Below are positions 1 to 12,001 of a DNA stretch of 64,000 nucleotides, in pieces. The translations under genes and the position numbers were made by a program. Source of the stretch: Thalia democratica (taxonomy: Eukaryota); NCBI GenBank assembly GCA_965202585.1, contig OZ241827.1, positions 58,094,001 to 58,158,000 on the forward strand. The letters run 5' to 3'. The stretch's first letter is position 1, and each line of letters begins with the position of its first letter. Under the pieces are notes generated by a model that was given only the letters and a program-made list of their open reading frames with translations, had not been told where the DNA came from and ran no database searches.

Positions 1-1174
1 TGTTCATGCGTAACGCTTTTAATTGATTTATGTTTGCAGTTATCATGTTTTAAAATTCTCTAGCAAAAAGTTGAAGGGAAAATAAGCAGCGTTGTTATCA
101 ATTTACTTTTATTTTTTATCTTATTTGTGCTCTCTGTGCGCACATCAACAAAAAACGCAAACATGCAAACTGTTTAAAAAAAAAAGTAGTTGTTATCAGT
201 TTGCCGTTTACCAAACAAATAAGAGTGTTGCTGAAACAAAACAAAAACATTTCCTATTTTGTTCCGATCACGTTTTTGTGCCGAATTTCGCTGGAATTCG
301 TTAATTAAATTACCATGCTTAGTCATTTAAGTTTAACACAAACCTAAACACAAGGACGTACGTAAACAATCGGAAGGCAGTTTTTAAATTAAATAATTTG
401 ATTTTAATGATTAGAAGCATTAATTATTCGTCGTTAAACTCGCTGTTTTGACACATTTGGAACTTCCTTGAACCTACATGCAGATGTTCAACTAGAGTGA
501 AAAATTACAAAAAAAAAAAAATAAATGTATTGAGAAACGCTCTCACTTGTTTTGGCCCATAGTTAATACTGAATGGCTTAACATGCACCTTCTCAGTAAG
601 CAATTGTTGCGTCATAATGTTTGCACAAGAATTTAATTTCTGGCCACAGCTTTCTGAGAAGCTGTCTGGTGGGCGCAATTTGACACTGTTCCACATAATC
701 TCAGGGTAAAGGACAAAACACAAAGTGCTTGGTTGCCAAGCGACCAGGGGATTCGCTGACGTCTGAGAGACTTTAGAAAACAATTTGTGATGCGATTTGA
801 ATGGATTGTGATGTAATTTCGCCGTAATCTTTATCCCTCTCAAGCCCCCATTAAAACAAAAGCAGAGGAGATAAACGACAAAAGTGATGTTTACGACTGA
901 GGTCGGGTAAAGCTTCAGACATGCAGATTTCAAAGATTAAATTACTGGCGAAAGACAACAGTTGCTTCTCAATAAAGCAAGAGACCGGTTAAGACAGTTT
1001 TTATATTGAGCTTCTTCGCTTAAATCTTTCAAAACAGTTGTACTTGCATTAGCTTTTGAAAATCTTGTTTTTATATATAGTTTATGTTGTGAAGACTGTG
1101 CTTATAGTGATATGTGTCAAACATAAAACTTAACGTTACTTTAAACTAAGTTTCTATAATGTTCTCAACAGCTA

Positions 1175-1200
1175 TTAAGAGTGTTAAGAGTGTTAAGAGT
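1175..1200. repeat. Short tandem repeat (TTAAGAGTG) x ~3
   Basis: Read directly; no such array at the paired site in the right arm. Confidence 0.9.
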
Positions 1201-2986
1201 ATTTTTATATATATAAGTGTCTAAAAAAATCAAGAAAAATAATCTAATGAATACGAAGTTTTGAGATCTTTTGTAGATCATAAAGGTTTATTAATTAAAA
1301 GATATTTTACTAAATTAGTCTATACAAGCACTGTTAGAGAGTTCAACTTAAAACACTAACAGTTATATCAAAAATCAACTCAAAAAATTCCAAAAACATA
1401 TTCTTAACGAACCCTTTTCAGCCGTTAAAACTTTCTCAGAAAGAATTTAGCATTGCAAAATGATGACAAATAAATCATATCAAACTAGCTATTAGGGAGA
1501 GTTATCTCTACACGCTGTATGACATTAGAAACATGCCAGGCAGGCCACATAAAAGAAGGCTCAGCTGCGCAACCAATAACAAGCAGGCAGAGCTGCCTGT
1601 CAAGTAACAATATAGTGGACTCTTTGTTCTGCCATCTCGCTAAATAGCCGGTGCTTGTGACTGACGTTTGATTACGAGATAATTGTGTTGAATGGCGAAA
1701 GTGTTGAGAAACTATCAAGACGACGCAATCGGACGTCAAATACAAAGCAACAGTGTTTTGAGGACCAGAGGTCAGCCAAGGTGCAAGGCGACGCCGAATA
1801 TTTTTATCGAGGTCCGCGCTTTCATAGGACGGCTTAAATCGCTTGCTACATAAACACAAAAGTGCTACTGTTCGCAGCGAATTACCGTTGTGATACGAGG
1901 ATAACCATCAGAAACCTTACTAAACCCAAATCGCGCTCGAGCTCAAAATAAGATAAAAGCTGTCGAGTATTAAACAAACACTTCACAGCAGCGGTGGCCA
2001 CCTCATACAAAGTGAAACGTTTAAACGTGCAAAAGCGACGCCGAGCAAACTTTCAGCAGCAGAGAAAAAATTCGCTTTCTCTTTTCAATGTGTGTAAACG
2101 CTGCCTGCCCGAAAGAATGCTTCCAAGATAATCGATTAAAGTTGAACTTGAAGCTATTTGCTCGCCTCATGTTATGCCGCTATATATATATTTGTGTGCT
2201 AGGTGTGACTTTTATTAGAGCAAATCGGTGGACTTGGCCTCGATCTTAATATTGATATAGTGCTACAAAATTCGCATGGACTTTCACTGACCTGTTTTCC
2301 AGTTTTTCCAGATACTTTTAAGCCAAGTTTTTTATTTTCTCCTGGTAAACATAGAAGAGGAATTTAAAGTAAAAATACATATTGCTTTACTTTATAGAAA
2401 AAAAATTGTGGATTTGTAAAGCACTTTTAGAATACTTATAACCTGAAAACAACAATTTAAGTTAAGACTTTTTTCTTAATGTCTAAAAACACAAAAACAA
2501 AACACACAAAATTCAAGTACAGTTTTAACATTATGGCATACGTGCGTAATCAGTTCTAATGTAAATATTTACCAAAAGTTATTGATAAAAAAGGGTGAAA
2601 ATAGACGCTGGAAAAGTTTGATAAGTCATTCCACATTGGCAAAGAGTTTAACAGCCCGAAGTTTACATTACTGCGTAATGTATTTTTTGTATATATTTTT
2701 GTTAAGTAACGGTGAAATGTAAACTGTTGCGACGGCTTTGCAAGCAATTTGGTTGCCGTAAAAAGCGCTGAACAAAGTCTGCGGTGCTTTGTTTTGCATT
2801 CAAACGTGCGTATTTTGCATTGAATGAGCAGTCTTTGTTTTGGTGTTTATTCTCACTAAAAAGCAACAATAAACATTTGTGCTTTCTTTCAACCGTATTG
2901 TACTGAAACTTGTACACAAACTCTCAGCTACTTACTGTTATAAAACTTGGGAAAAGTCCCACGTGAATTAGTAATGAAGCACTTAC

Positions 2987-3052
2987 CAGCAGCAAGAGGA
3001 GGCAACAGCAGCAGTGATGTGTTTTCGTGTAAATACTCGCAACCCGAGTCAT
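2987..3052 (-). CDS. Duplicate exon 1 (signal peptide) of a head-to-head copy pointing out of the left window edge; functional paralog, partial duplicate or allelic copy unresolved
   Basis: Reverse complement of 2987-3052 is 66/66 identical to 21534-21599, with GTAAGT donor (2981-2986) and an upstream acceptor AG (3197-3198). Confidence 0.7.
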
Positions 3053-3912
3053 TCCAATTTATCAACTCAACTCTTCGTGATCGTCTCGTTGTTGTTGGCC
3101 ACTGCACAAATTTTATTCTCAGCAAAATATTTCAGCTTTCAGTTCAGATCGCTGTTAATCTCTTTTATTTCAAAAATTTAAATGACTACACGGCGTCTGA
3201 AACGTTGATAATAAAGCGGTTAATCTGTTAAATCGCGTGCGTTCATGACGGGCTATTTGAGACGCGAAGGCAATTAGTAAAAAATTATATAAAATATTTT
3301 ATTGTCCAATAAAAAACACTGCGGTGCCCTTTTTCGGTCATAAAACTTGTAATTAATATTTTCATTTGTTTTTATTACATTGTAAACCTTTAAATTATGT
3401 TTGCAACTAAAATAACAAAAACCAGTGTGTGACGGAATATTTCTTGAAAAACATAACCGCTATCACGAATTGTATTTATTTAACCATATTTTTATTTAGC
3501 ATATAAATAAAGTATAGCAATAAAATTATAAAAATAACATTGTTGAATTTACAGAAGTTTAAAAACAAAAGCTTAGTAAATAAACTCACAAAGTAAGTCT
3601 GCAATAACTTTTATTGATTTTCAAACAAAACAAATCTTAGCAACTGAGCTCTAAAATTTTTAGCTGCATTTCAAAATGTGATCTTAAAGTAAACTTTTTA
3701 ACAACTACTGTAAACAAAATCTAATAAAACAAAGCTCTGCATAAACAATCAAAGTGTTCTATTTAAAAAACACTTCAAACTTCACTTCAACAATGACTCT
3801 TTAACAGCTCACACACGTTAACAGATCTTATTAAAACTAATAAGCCTGCAGGTTGTCATACATTGCAGGCAAATTAAGCGCTCGTTTAATTAAAGTATAA
3901 AGTATAAACGCA

Positions 3913-3930
3913 CTACTACTACTACTACTA
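3913..3930. repeat. Microsatellite (CTA)6
   Basis: Read directly; interrupted version at about 20709-20723. Confidence 0.9.
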
Positions 3931-6900
3931 AGTGCTATACGGATGCCTTAATAACATCTCGAGCTGCTAAGCGCGTTTCTTTTACTTTGTTTTGAAAATT
4001 TCTCTCATTTTGTTTTTACCCCGAGCAGCGTTCTCTCGTTTTAGATTTGAGCTGACCGAAGCTCACTGCGTTTAATATATATTTAGCAAAAAATGTTTTT
4101 CTTTCGGTGCTAAGTAATTGCTGGTTGCTTTTTTGGCGTGACCACTTTGTTTTATCGCGGCTTTTGTACCTTTTAAGTTGAATGTAAACAAAAATGCAAA
4201 TTGTTTTGCTATCGCTGTATCTTTACGTATTAAAAACAAACAAATCTGACTTTCGTTTCAGAAAATTATCATTTTGTTTTTGGCTAAACAAGTACTGAAA
4301 AAAGTGTTTGAATATTTTAAATTTTTAAGTAAATAAAGTTTTACATTCAATCGTTTCGTTAAACTGAAACCACACAAACATTGAATAAAAAAAAAGTTGT
4401 TTATTGCTACATTCCGATTTTTTATCTATGAATTCTTTTAAAAGTACAATATACGTTTAAACTCACAAAATTTGAACTATAAAACGCTGTTTAGAGAATT
4501 ACTAGAACTAAATATCTACTTCAAAAGCTTAATATCTTACAAAAAAATTGAACCAATGTTTATTTGCTGTTGCAAATAAAAGTAATACTTTGAACTAATT
4601 GCTTTGACTGAAAGAGTATATGCACGATGCTAAAAATAAAATGCAATTTTTATTGTGCTGCTTTAATTCGGCATCTAGTTTTGATTTAAAACAATTTTCA
4701 TGTCTCCTGTTTATCAATGATTGTAATAAACAAGCAAACAAACTATACTCAAAATTTGATATTTAATACATTTTTTTTACTTCCTCATTGCATAAATTTC
4801 AAAATAATTAGCACGCTTTCAAGATTTCAACAGACACAATTAAAATTTTATTTCCATATAAAGCAGTATTGATCGAAAATTTTGAAACAAAAGAAAGTTT
4901 CTATTCAAGACACCAGGTTTACAAAATGCACCGAAATAATTAATTAAACATTTCAGACTGGAAAAATAATTTTAATGTGTCTGTAACGCGTTTGATATTT
5001 TGCTGAAACGACGGCATGACATTGACCTTATCACCAGCCTGTTTGACTAATTACCATTGAAATCCTCTTGAAATGCCATCGCTGATTAGCGACTTTCCGC
5101 AAAAATCATTCAGATTCACAACAACAACAGCAACAACAGCGTGTTTATGGATTTGCTGTTTCAGCGAGTGGCAATTTAAAACAATGGCCTCGTTTATTCG
5201 CCAATCTTAATAAACTGGAAATCTCGGCAACCGCCATGGTGAAAAATAGCAGACTGCCGCAACACCTGCAAAAAAAAAAGTTTGTTTGTCGAAACAACAA
5301 GAATTTAATCGCAGCACATGCTGCTCATGAAAGGGGGTTTTTCCCCGACCAAAAAGCGTTACTTTTGCCACCACCGGAGTGTCAGTCGCGCTAATGAGGC
5401 CTCTAATGCGCTTAAAACTGAGTAATTGGGTGGAAGCGGTGTGGAAGTTTGTAGAAATTAATTTCTAATTTGATTTGCAGCTCGTAACGACCTTCTACAG
5501 TTTCATATTCAGACGTCTGAATTTACAATACGCAAAGTTTCGTGTGAGTCAGCTTTGAAAAAGTTTAAAAATAAATGCAATTATAGTTGTTTGGTATTTA
5601 ACAAAAGTTGTATAACGTTTGCTCTTGAAAACTTTTGTTTATTAAGTGAATTTTTAAGAATATTTTTTTAAATTACAGTATAGTAATCTTTTTTATAATG
5701 GAGTTATTTTAAATTAGTTAAGAATGTTTAGTAATTGTGTTTTTAGAACTTTGAATAAATTAAAATATAAAAACAGCCTAGAGATACAAAGCTAAAAATT
5801 ATTCATTAAAACAGAAGGCTTTTGTTATAATGCACTTAATTACTTGTCTATATATATTATTATACTTGTAAATAGTAACATGCCTATATATAGTATATAA
5901 ACCTACAGTATATATGCTAGTTGACACTTTATTTGTACATAGTCTGTTTTTTCTCTGAAATATATTAAACCGCTAATTAGCTAATTGTGTTATTAAGATT
6001 TTATTGTAAGACAGTCTAATGAGCATCAATATTTTGTTTTAATTAATCTTGGACGATAAAAATGTTATATAAAATTTTCGGATAAACGTTTGAACCGTTA
6101 AATCTTTCTTTTATAATTGAAAAAAACAGTTATTGGAACGTTTTTTAATTAAAGACTTTTTTTCTATAATTTAAAGCTAAGCAGTCTAAATGTGTGAAAC
6201 TTTGAATTGTATTTAAATCAAACCATTACTTTGGTGTTTTACTTTAAATTGTTGTTTTCTTCATATTTATATAATTTTTTGTGTTACGAAATAAAAAATA
6301 AACTTTTTTGATTAATTTCAAAAAGTTAATAAGGTTAAATCAAATTTACAAATAAGAACTTTTCGGTCATTTAATTCTTTCACATTCACACAATAAAGTG
6401 TGTGAAATTTTAAAAGCACATATTGACAAATAAGATTAAATTTCTAACACCACTTGTATGCACAATTCAAATAAATTAGCAGTGATATAAGTGTCGTTTT
6501 TAATTTATTTAACTGTATTCCATTAAGTAAATAGTTCTGATACGTTTTAACAAAGCTATTTTCCACTAAGTTTATCTATTTGCATGATAAAAAGCTATGA
6601 ATAGATTTGAAAGCTGTAAATTTTATGTGTAAAACTTTATCTACGGCGGTTTTTGTGTTCAACAATGGCTTGCTTGTTCGATAAATTTTTATTTGCACTT
6701 GTAAAAAATAGTTTAGAGTTGTCAGTGCTTTATAATGATCATTAAATTATGAACGAAACCTAACGTAAACAGCATAATTTAATTTGTTTGTTCTAGCAAA
6801 TTATCCGAACTCGATCACTTAAGTACGAGCGGTTTTAGCTTTTAGTTTAAATAACATGTCAAACAAAGTTTTTTGAGCAATCTTGATGTGTTTAATGATA

Positions 6901-9900
6901 CTTGAAGATGTTTACAGCACTTTAATTAGGTGTCTGCACGCCAAAGTAAACGTGCAAATTTATAAGTTTAAAAAACACTGAATTAAAATATATAGTCAAA
7001 GGGAAACCAACGACTTTCAGAGAAATCAAAAACCACTAAAACAGCTGAAATTTCATACTTGTTTTTGTTGAATTCCATTAGAAAGTCTTATTCAGCACTG
7101 CCAGTGATATTTCGGGCATTATCTGGAATAATTGTTTGATTTAATTTAAAGATAAGGAAAGCGCTTCGTGAGTTGAACGTACGAAATCTTTGTCACACAT
7201 TCGTGCCTTTAAATGGCTTAAAGTTATAGGGTTTAAGACAATGGTCTTAATAAAGATGCTTGGCATTCTTATTGCCAGGCAGATAACTTGCTCTTAAAAT
7301 AATTTACATAGAAATCAAAAGCGTTTATTTAATTTGTACGGTGTTGTTGTCGCAAAAAGTTTTAGAATGGTGAAAATGTTGTATAGCTTATCTAGTAGGT
7401 TTGCTTTGAACAAAACTAGTTAAATGTGAGCTTTTAAAATTGCTAAAAATAGAACTTAATGAGTTTTTATAAACAGAAATGGAAATAACTTTTGCTATAT
7501 TTAGAAGTATATAGTAGTAGGAAAACAACAGTTTTAATCTTGTTAAAACTATACTAGCTAGTATTATAATTTGTGCACATGTTTATTTTGTTACCAAAAT
7601 ATTTTTTTTTACTACTTAAAAATGCTGTTTAAATTTTAAATATATAACCATAAGTAGTGAAAAAAGTAAAATGTTTGTAATAGAAATCAAAAACTGAAAT
7701 TGGTTTTCATTTTATGCAATACATTTTGTTTTAATTAGCAGTAATTGATTAAATAAAAACAAAACAAACACTATCTTAAGATCGTTTTTATGATAAAATC
7801 CAAACTGCTACTAAGTTGTAAAGAATCGAAATACTGAAAATTTTATTCTAGAAAGTAATAAAGCTTCAATAATTTAAAACTTCAAGCTAATAAACTCTTC
7901 TCACAGTAAAAAGATTAAAACAATTAAAAACTTTCTTAAAACTTGTCTTTAAAAACAATACAAATATTGTGATTAAAATTTCCAGTATTACAATATTATT
8001 TGAAATTTAAATAAAGAATACAAATATTTTATAGTACACATGAGCTTTTATCTTAGATTTTTTGTTTATTTTTTAAACAAACTTGAGTTTTTAAGGTAAT
8101 TACGTGACAAAACAATAAGGTAAAAAATTGATTAGCTTTTAATAAGAACTTAAATACTTTTATTTATTTATAGATTATAATGTTGTTTACAACCTTTCAA
8201 TTCAAAAATGAAAGTAATTGTTATTGCTTATTAGTTTGATAACAACAACATTTAAAGAAAAAAATTTTTTAAAAGTAGTTTAAATCGCTTAAATCTAATT
8301 TGTGCTAAATAAAGCTTTATAATAGACTTTTTGTCTTTAGATAATAAAATGTATTATATTAAGTTTTTTTGCTTAAATGTAACTAAAGTAGTTTTACTGT
8401 AAAACTTTTTATAAAGGTTTTTGGTTTGAATGAGACTAAATTTTTAATATTTTTATTGTTTTATGCTTGCATTTATCCTAATTAACAGGTTTCGAACAAA
8501 TCTATTCTTATTTAAAAGAAGAACTTACAATTTTTTTTCTCAACTTATATTTATTTAACAGTTTGAATTTTTACAAGCTCAACTTTAGAAACATACTTAT
8601 TGGTTAATCAAGCAAGTTTTAAGTTGTGCTGTACCAACAAAAGAACTGTGTAAGAAATTTTTAAAATTTTGCAAAAAAAAAAAACAATTTTTATCGACTA
8701 ACAAACAAACAAAACTTTCGTTTTTGAAAGACCTTAACAATAAAAAAAGTTTTTTATTTCTTTTTATCAAGAATCTTTACAATAAGTTATGAAAATGAAA
8801 AACTTTTCTTAAAATTAAATTATTTTTAAATGTTATGTAGTATGTTATGTTATATACATTTATAGCCAAACAACAGTTTACCAAGTGTTTTATTTAAAAA
8901 ACTTAGTTCAAATAAAATTAAGTTTGTGTTTTAAAACTGCAATCTACTAGAAAAAGTAGAACTTTTTTTTTAACTATTACTGTATTTTAAATTTTACAAT
9001 AACTTTGTAGAAAATATTAGAAGGAATGGTTTTAATAAAACACTGTTTTTGTATATTGTGTAAAGCTGTTGTGAACTTTGAAACAGTTTTTTCAAAAAAT
9101 CTTAAATGATATAGAAAGTTATTTGTTTGAAAAAATCTAAACAACAAGAAAAGTGTTTTTAACATTATAAAAAAGCTTACAAGTAATAGGTACTGTAAAA
9201 CAAAAATTTAAACACAAGAAACAATGAACAAAACAAATAGTGTCAGATAACGGAAGTTAAACATTACTCTTGAAGGTTTTGAAATCAGAATGCAAATAAG
9301 TTTCAGAAATTTAATTGTATCGTTTCTTTATTTGATAGTTTTTAAATCGTTATAATAAACAATTTTAAAGTAATTAATACTATCGGTCAGTGCTTTTATT
9401 ATTATTAAGTTTATTGTCCAACGAAGGACTTAGGCATTAAAACCTAAGCCACTTAAACTGAAGGAAATTAACATAAAAAGAAATAAAAACAAATTAAAGT
9501 GATTAAATAAACATAAACATAAAGCTTATACAAGACACAAACTGAATAAATTAAAACTTTCACAACCAAAATATTCAACAATTCCAAAGTCACCAATCTC
9601 CAATTATACATTCCAAAGCAACAAATCCCTGTAACAAGCATCTCCTGTCAAAATTCTTCAGAACCTGTCTTCATCTTGCAGAACATTGATCTCAGCTACT
9701 ATTTGCCATTCGTCATGTTTTCAAAGTTTCACCACGGCAAATTCAGTTAAAAATCACTTCAAAAATGTGGCAGCAACAATTCACAAATCTAGCTTAGGAA
9801 TCAACTGAGTATCCAATAATTTCAAAATCTAAAGCCCCAAGCACATAAACAATAGACCTTCCAAAAAATCAAAATTGAAAAGTACCTAAAACCTACAAGG

Positions 9901-9994
9901 GGAAGGTGTAGCTTACAGATTAAACTACCAATAAACTACATACCACACATCAAATCAATGGCTAAAGAGATGAACAAAACTAATTACTTATAAA

Positions 9995-10780
9995 CTTTAC
10001 TGGTTAATATTTTATTTAAGTCAAATCTTTTTAAGTTTAATCGAAAATGTTTAAGATTTTTGCACAATACTAGTTCATTTGCAAGTTTGTTCCACATTTT
10101 TATCGAATGATAGAAAAAAGATTTGTGCCAACCAACATAGTTGAAATGATATTTGCATGTATATTTTCTATTATTACCTCTGAGTGAGTAATTATTTTTA
10201 TAAGGTTTAAAGAAAGTTTGAGAATCAATATTAGTTTCATTGTTAATCAGTTTAAAAAAAGTAATGAGATAAAATTCAATTCTTCTGTACTCTAAAGTTT
10301 TTATATTAAGCTTTGTTAGTCTGTCTATGTAAGACGTATATGAAATGTTGCACCGAATAAAGATTAATCTCGTAAATTTTCTTTGAATAGATTCTAGTTA
10401 GTTGATGTCTTTTATAGAATATGGAGACCATAAAGGTGTGTTGTATTTCATCTTAGGACGGTTGTAAACTAGACACAGTTTTTTTAGAATTACCAAATCC
10501 GTAGATATAAAGCTTTTTAGAATTTGAAAAGATAAAATTGATGCAGTACAGTAAATATAGTTAATGTGATGGTTCCATTTTAAATTATATGATATAAAAA
10601 TTCCAACGTCTTTAAATACTTCAGTTTTAGGTAAGATTGAATTGTTTATTTTAAATTCAAACGTTGGAATAGGTGTACTTTTGCGAATATTCAAAACACG
10701 ACATTTGCTGGGATTTAGGTTTAATCTCCTTTCTTTTAACGATTTTTTTGTTATATTAAAAAAGGTTATTCTTCAAACTA
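9995..10780 (-). mobile_element. 5'-truncated, decayed non-LTR retrotransposon (CR1/L2/Jockey-group RT C-terminus and 3' end)
   Basis: Minus-strand frames read LNPSKCRVLNI..., KDVGIFISYNLKWNHHINY...RPKMKYNTPLWSPYSIKDIN*LESIQRKFTR...TLEYRR, then after a frameshift YSLRGNNRK...KSFFYHSIKMWNKL. These match motifs I recognise from CR1/L2-group RT ends. Possible 9-bp TSD ACTTATAAA at 9986-9994 and 10781-10789. Confidence 0.9.
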
Positions 10781-11405
10781 ACTTATAAAGTATTTTTTCA
10801 TACTGTCATAAGTAGCCCAAGTACATAAGTAAACTATACCCTGAATTATGAAACTTTACAGTACATTATTCAAAACAATTATTTAATCTATAATTTAGAC
10901 TCCTAAAACACTAATACATTAAAATTAGTATCAAAAGTAAACATTAGTCACCTAAAAGCTTATTGTAAGCTTATTGCGAGGTAAATTTTGAAAACTTTAA
11001 CACAAAACAAGTTTGTTTACACGAATATGTTGCTTTTCAATTTAAAAAGAACAATTCTAAAAATATTAGTTTTAGGTTTAGAGCTAAAATTTTGTAAAAC
11101 TTTCGATATGAAACAAATGTACCTACTTAGGGTTTCACTAAAAGGTGACATGGTCCATTTTAGATAGTTTTAACACGTAAATAGAAAAATATGGAGAAAT
11201 TTTTATTTTATAGGGAATAGCGAGCAATACTTACGTTTGTTTTATTAAAACACTAAACACTTTAGTTTGATAATAAATTAAAAAACTTATTTAGAATTAT
11301 TAAATGTTCAAACTAATAATATAACTTATTAAAAACCTTTACTGAAGTTCCTTTTTAAGTAAAAGTTACTGCAACTGTTAACGATTTACTCTATAGTATA
11401 AGAAT

Positions 11406-12001
11406 GGGAACGGGTCTAAATTGCACGAAGACAAAAATGAACGAGGTTACTAAGTTGAATGAGAAAAAAATTGAACGAGTGCACAAAGATGCACGAAGCC
11501 AAATTTGCTCGAGGGCAAACAATTGCACGAAGGAACAAAATTTCACGAAGACGATTTTGCACCAAGGGTCAATTTTTCACGAGAGTAAAAAATACAGATA
11601 ATAGAAAATAATAAAATCAGTAAAAAAAAAAAATACTGGCCGACGGTAAGGGCTAGGGGTAAAAAAAAAGTAACTAGGGATAGTAAAAAAAAAGCTACTA
11701 ACAAAATAGTTATGAAAATTTTTTTTTTAAATAACTTACCGACCGAGGGTAAGTTTTTGGGATAACAGTGATAGTAAAAAAAAAACTAAATTTAAAAAAC
11801 ATTAAAACTAATACAGAAACTAAAAATGTAAAAAAAAAATAACCCGTGCAAAAATTTCTCCGTGCGAAATTGTCTGCTTGTGCAAAAGTGACCCTTCGTG
11901 CAAAAGTATCTTCGTACAATTTTATCTTCGTGTAATTTTGTGCCCCCGTACAAATTAGTCTTCGTGCAATTTTGTACACTCGTGCAAATTTGACAGCTAC
12001 C
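11406..12001. mobile_element. Foldback-like non-autonomous DNA element with internally repetitive inverted arms
   Basis: About 10 copies of a ~17-bp unit (AAATTGCACGAAG-like) at 11414-11585 and about 9 inverted copies (CTTCGTGCAATTT-like) at 11842-11992. Imperfect termini; non-coding core with hairpin AACTTACC-gaccgag-GGTAAGTT (11733-11755). Confidence 0.8.

Larger units (their letters stand above)
1..8110 (-). repeat. Left arm of giant inverted duplication (continues beyond left edge)
   Basis: Anchors read directly: 1 pairs with 24718, 3052 with 21534, 5265 with 19446, 7408 with 17309, about 8100 with about 16600. Spot checks gave about 97% (6536-6655) to about 70% (1070-1190) identity. Confidence 0.97.

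Noticed and set aside
505-933. 142-aa ORF mirrored by 23672-23890 and 24064-24252
   Set aside because: Split by indels and stops in the partner arm; no domain or splice support.
1485-1859. 124-aa ORF mirrored by 22829-23080 (+)
   Set aside because: The two arm copies share peptide only centrally; they shift frame after AAEP and the right copy is broken upstream, which indicates conserved non-coding DNA.
2570-2660. PMWNDL motif resembling a LINE 3' end inside the arms
   Set aside because: Too short, and no other RT motif nearby.
2947-3231. 94-aa ORF and partner 21331-21639 (-) with identical N-termini
   Set aside because: Antisense shadow of the conserved exon-1 tract.
9450-9975. NUMT or mitochondrial-code ORF on the minus strand (several TGA codons in a plausible frame)
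   Set aside because: TAA/TAG stops remain under TGA=Trp and no mitochondrial protein motif was recognised.
11404-11979. ORFs 11404-11601 (+) and 11710-11979 (-); CRISPR-like periodicity
   Set aside because: Products of the 17-bp repeat arrays; units are contiguous, degenerate and mirrored with no unique spacers or cas genes, in a eukaryotic locus.
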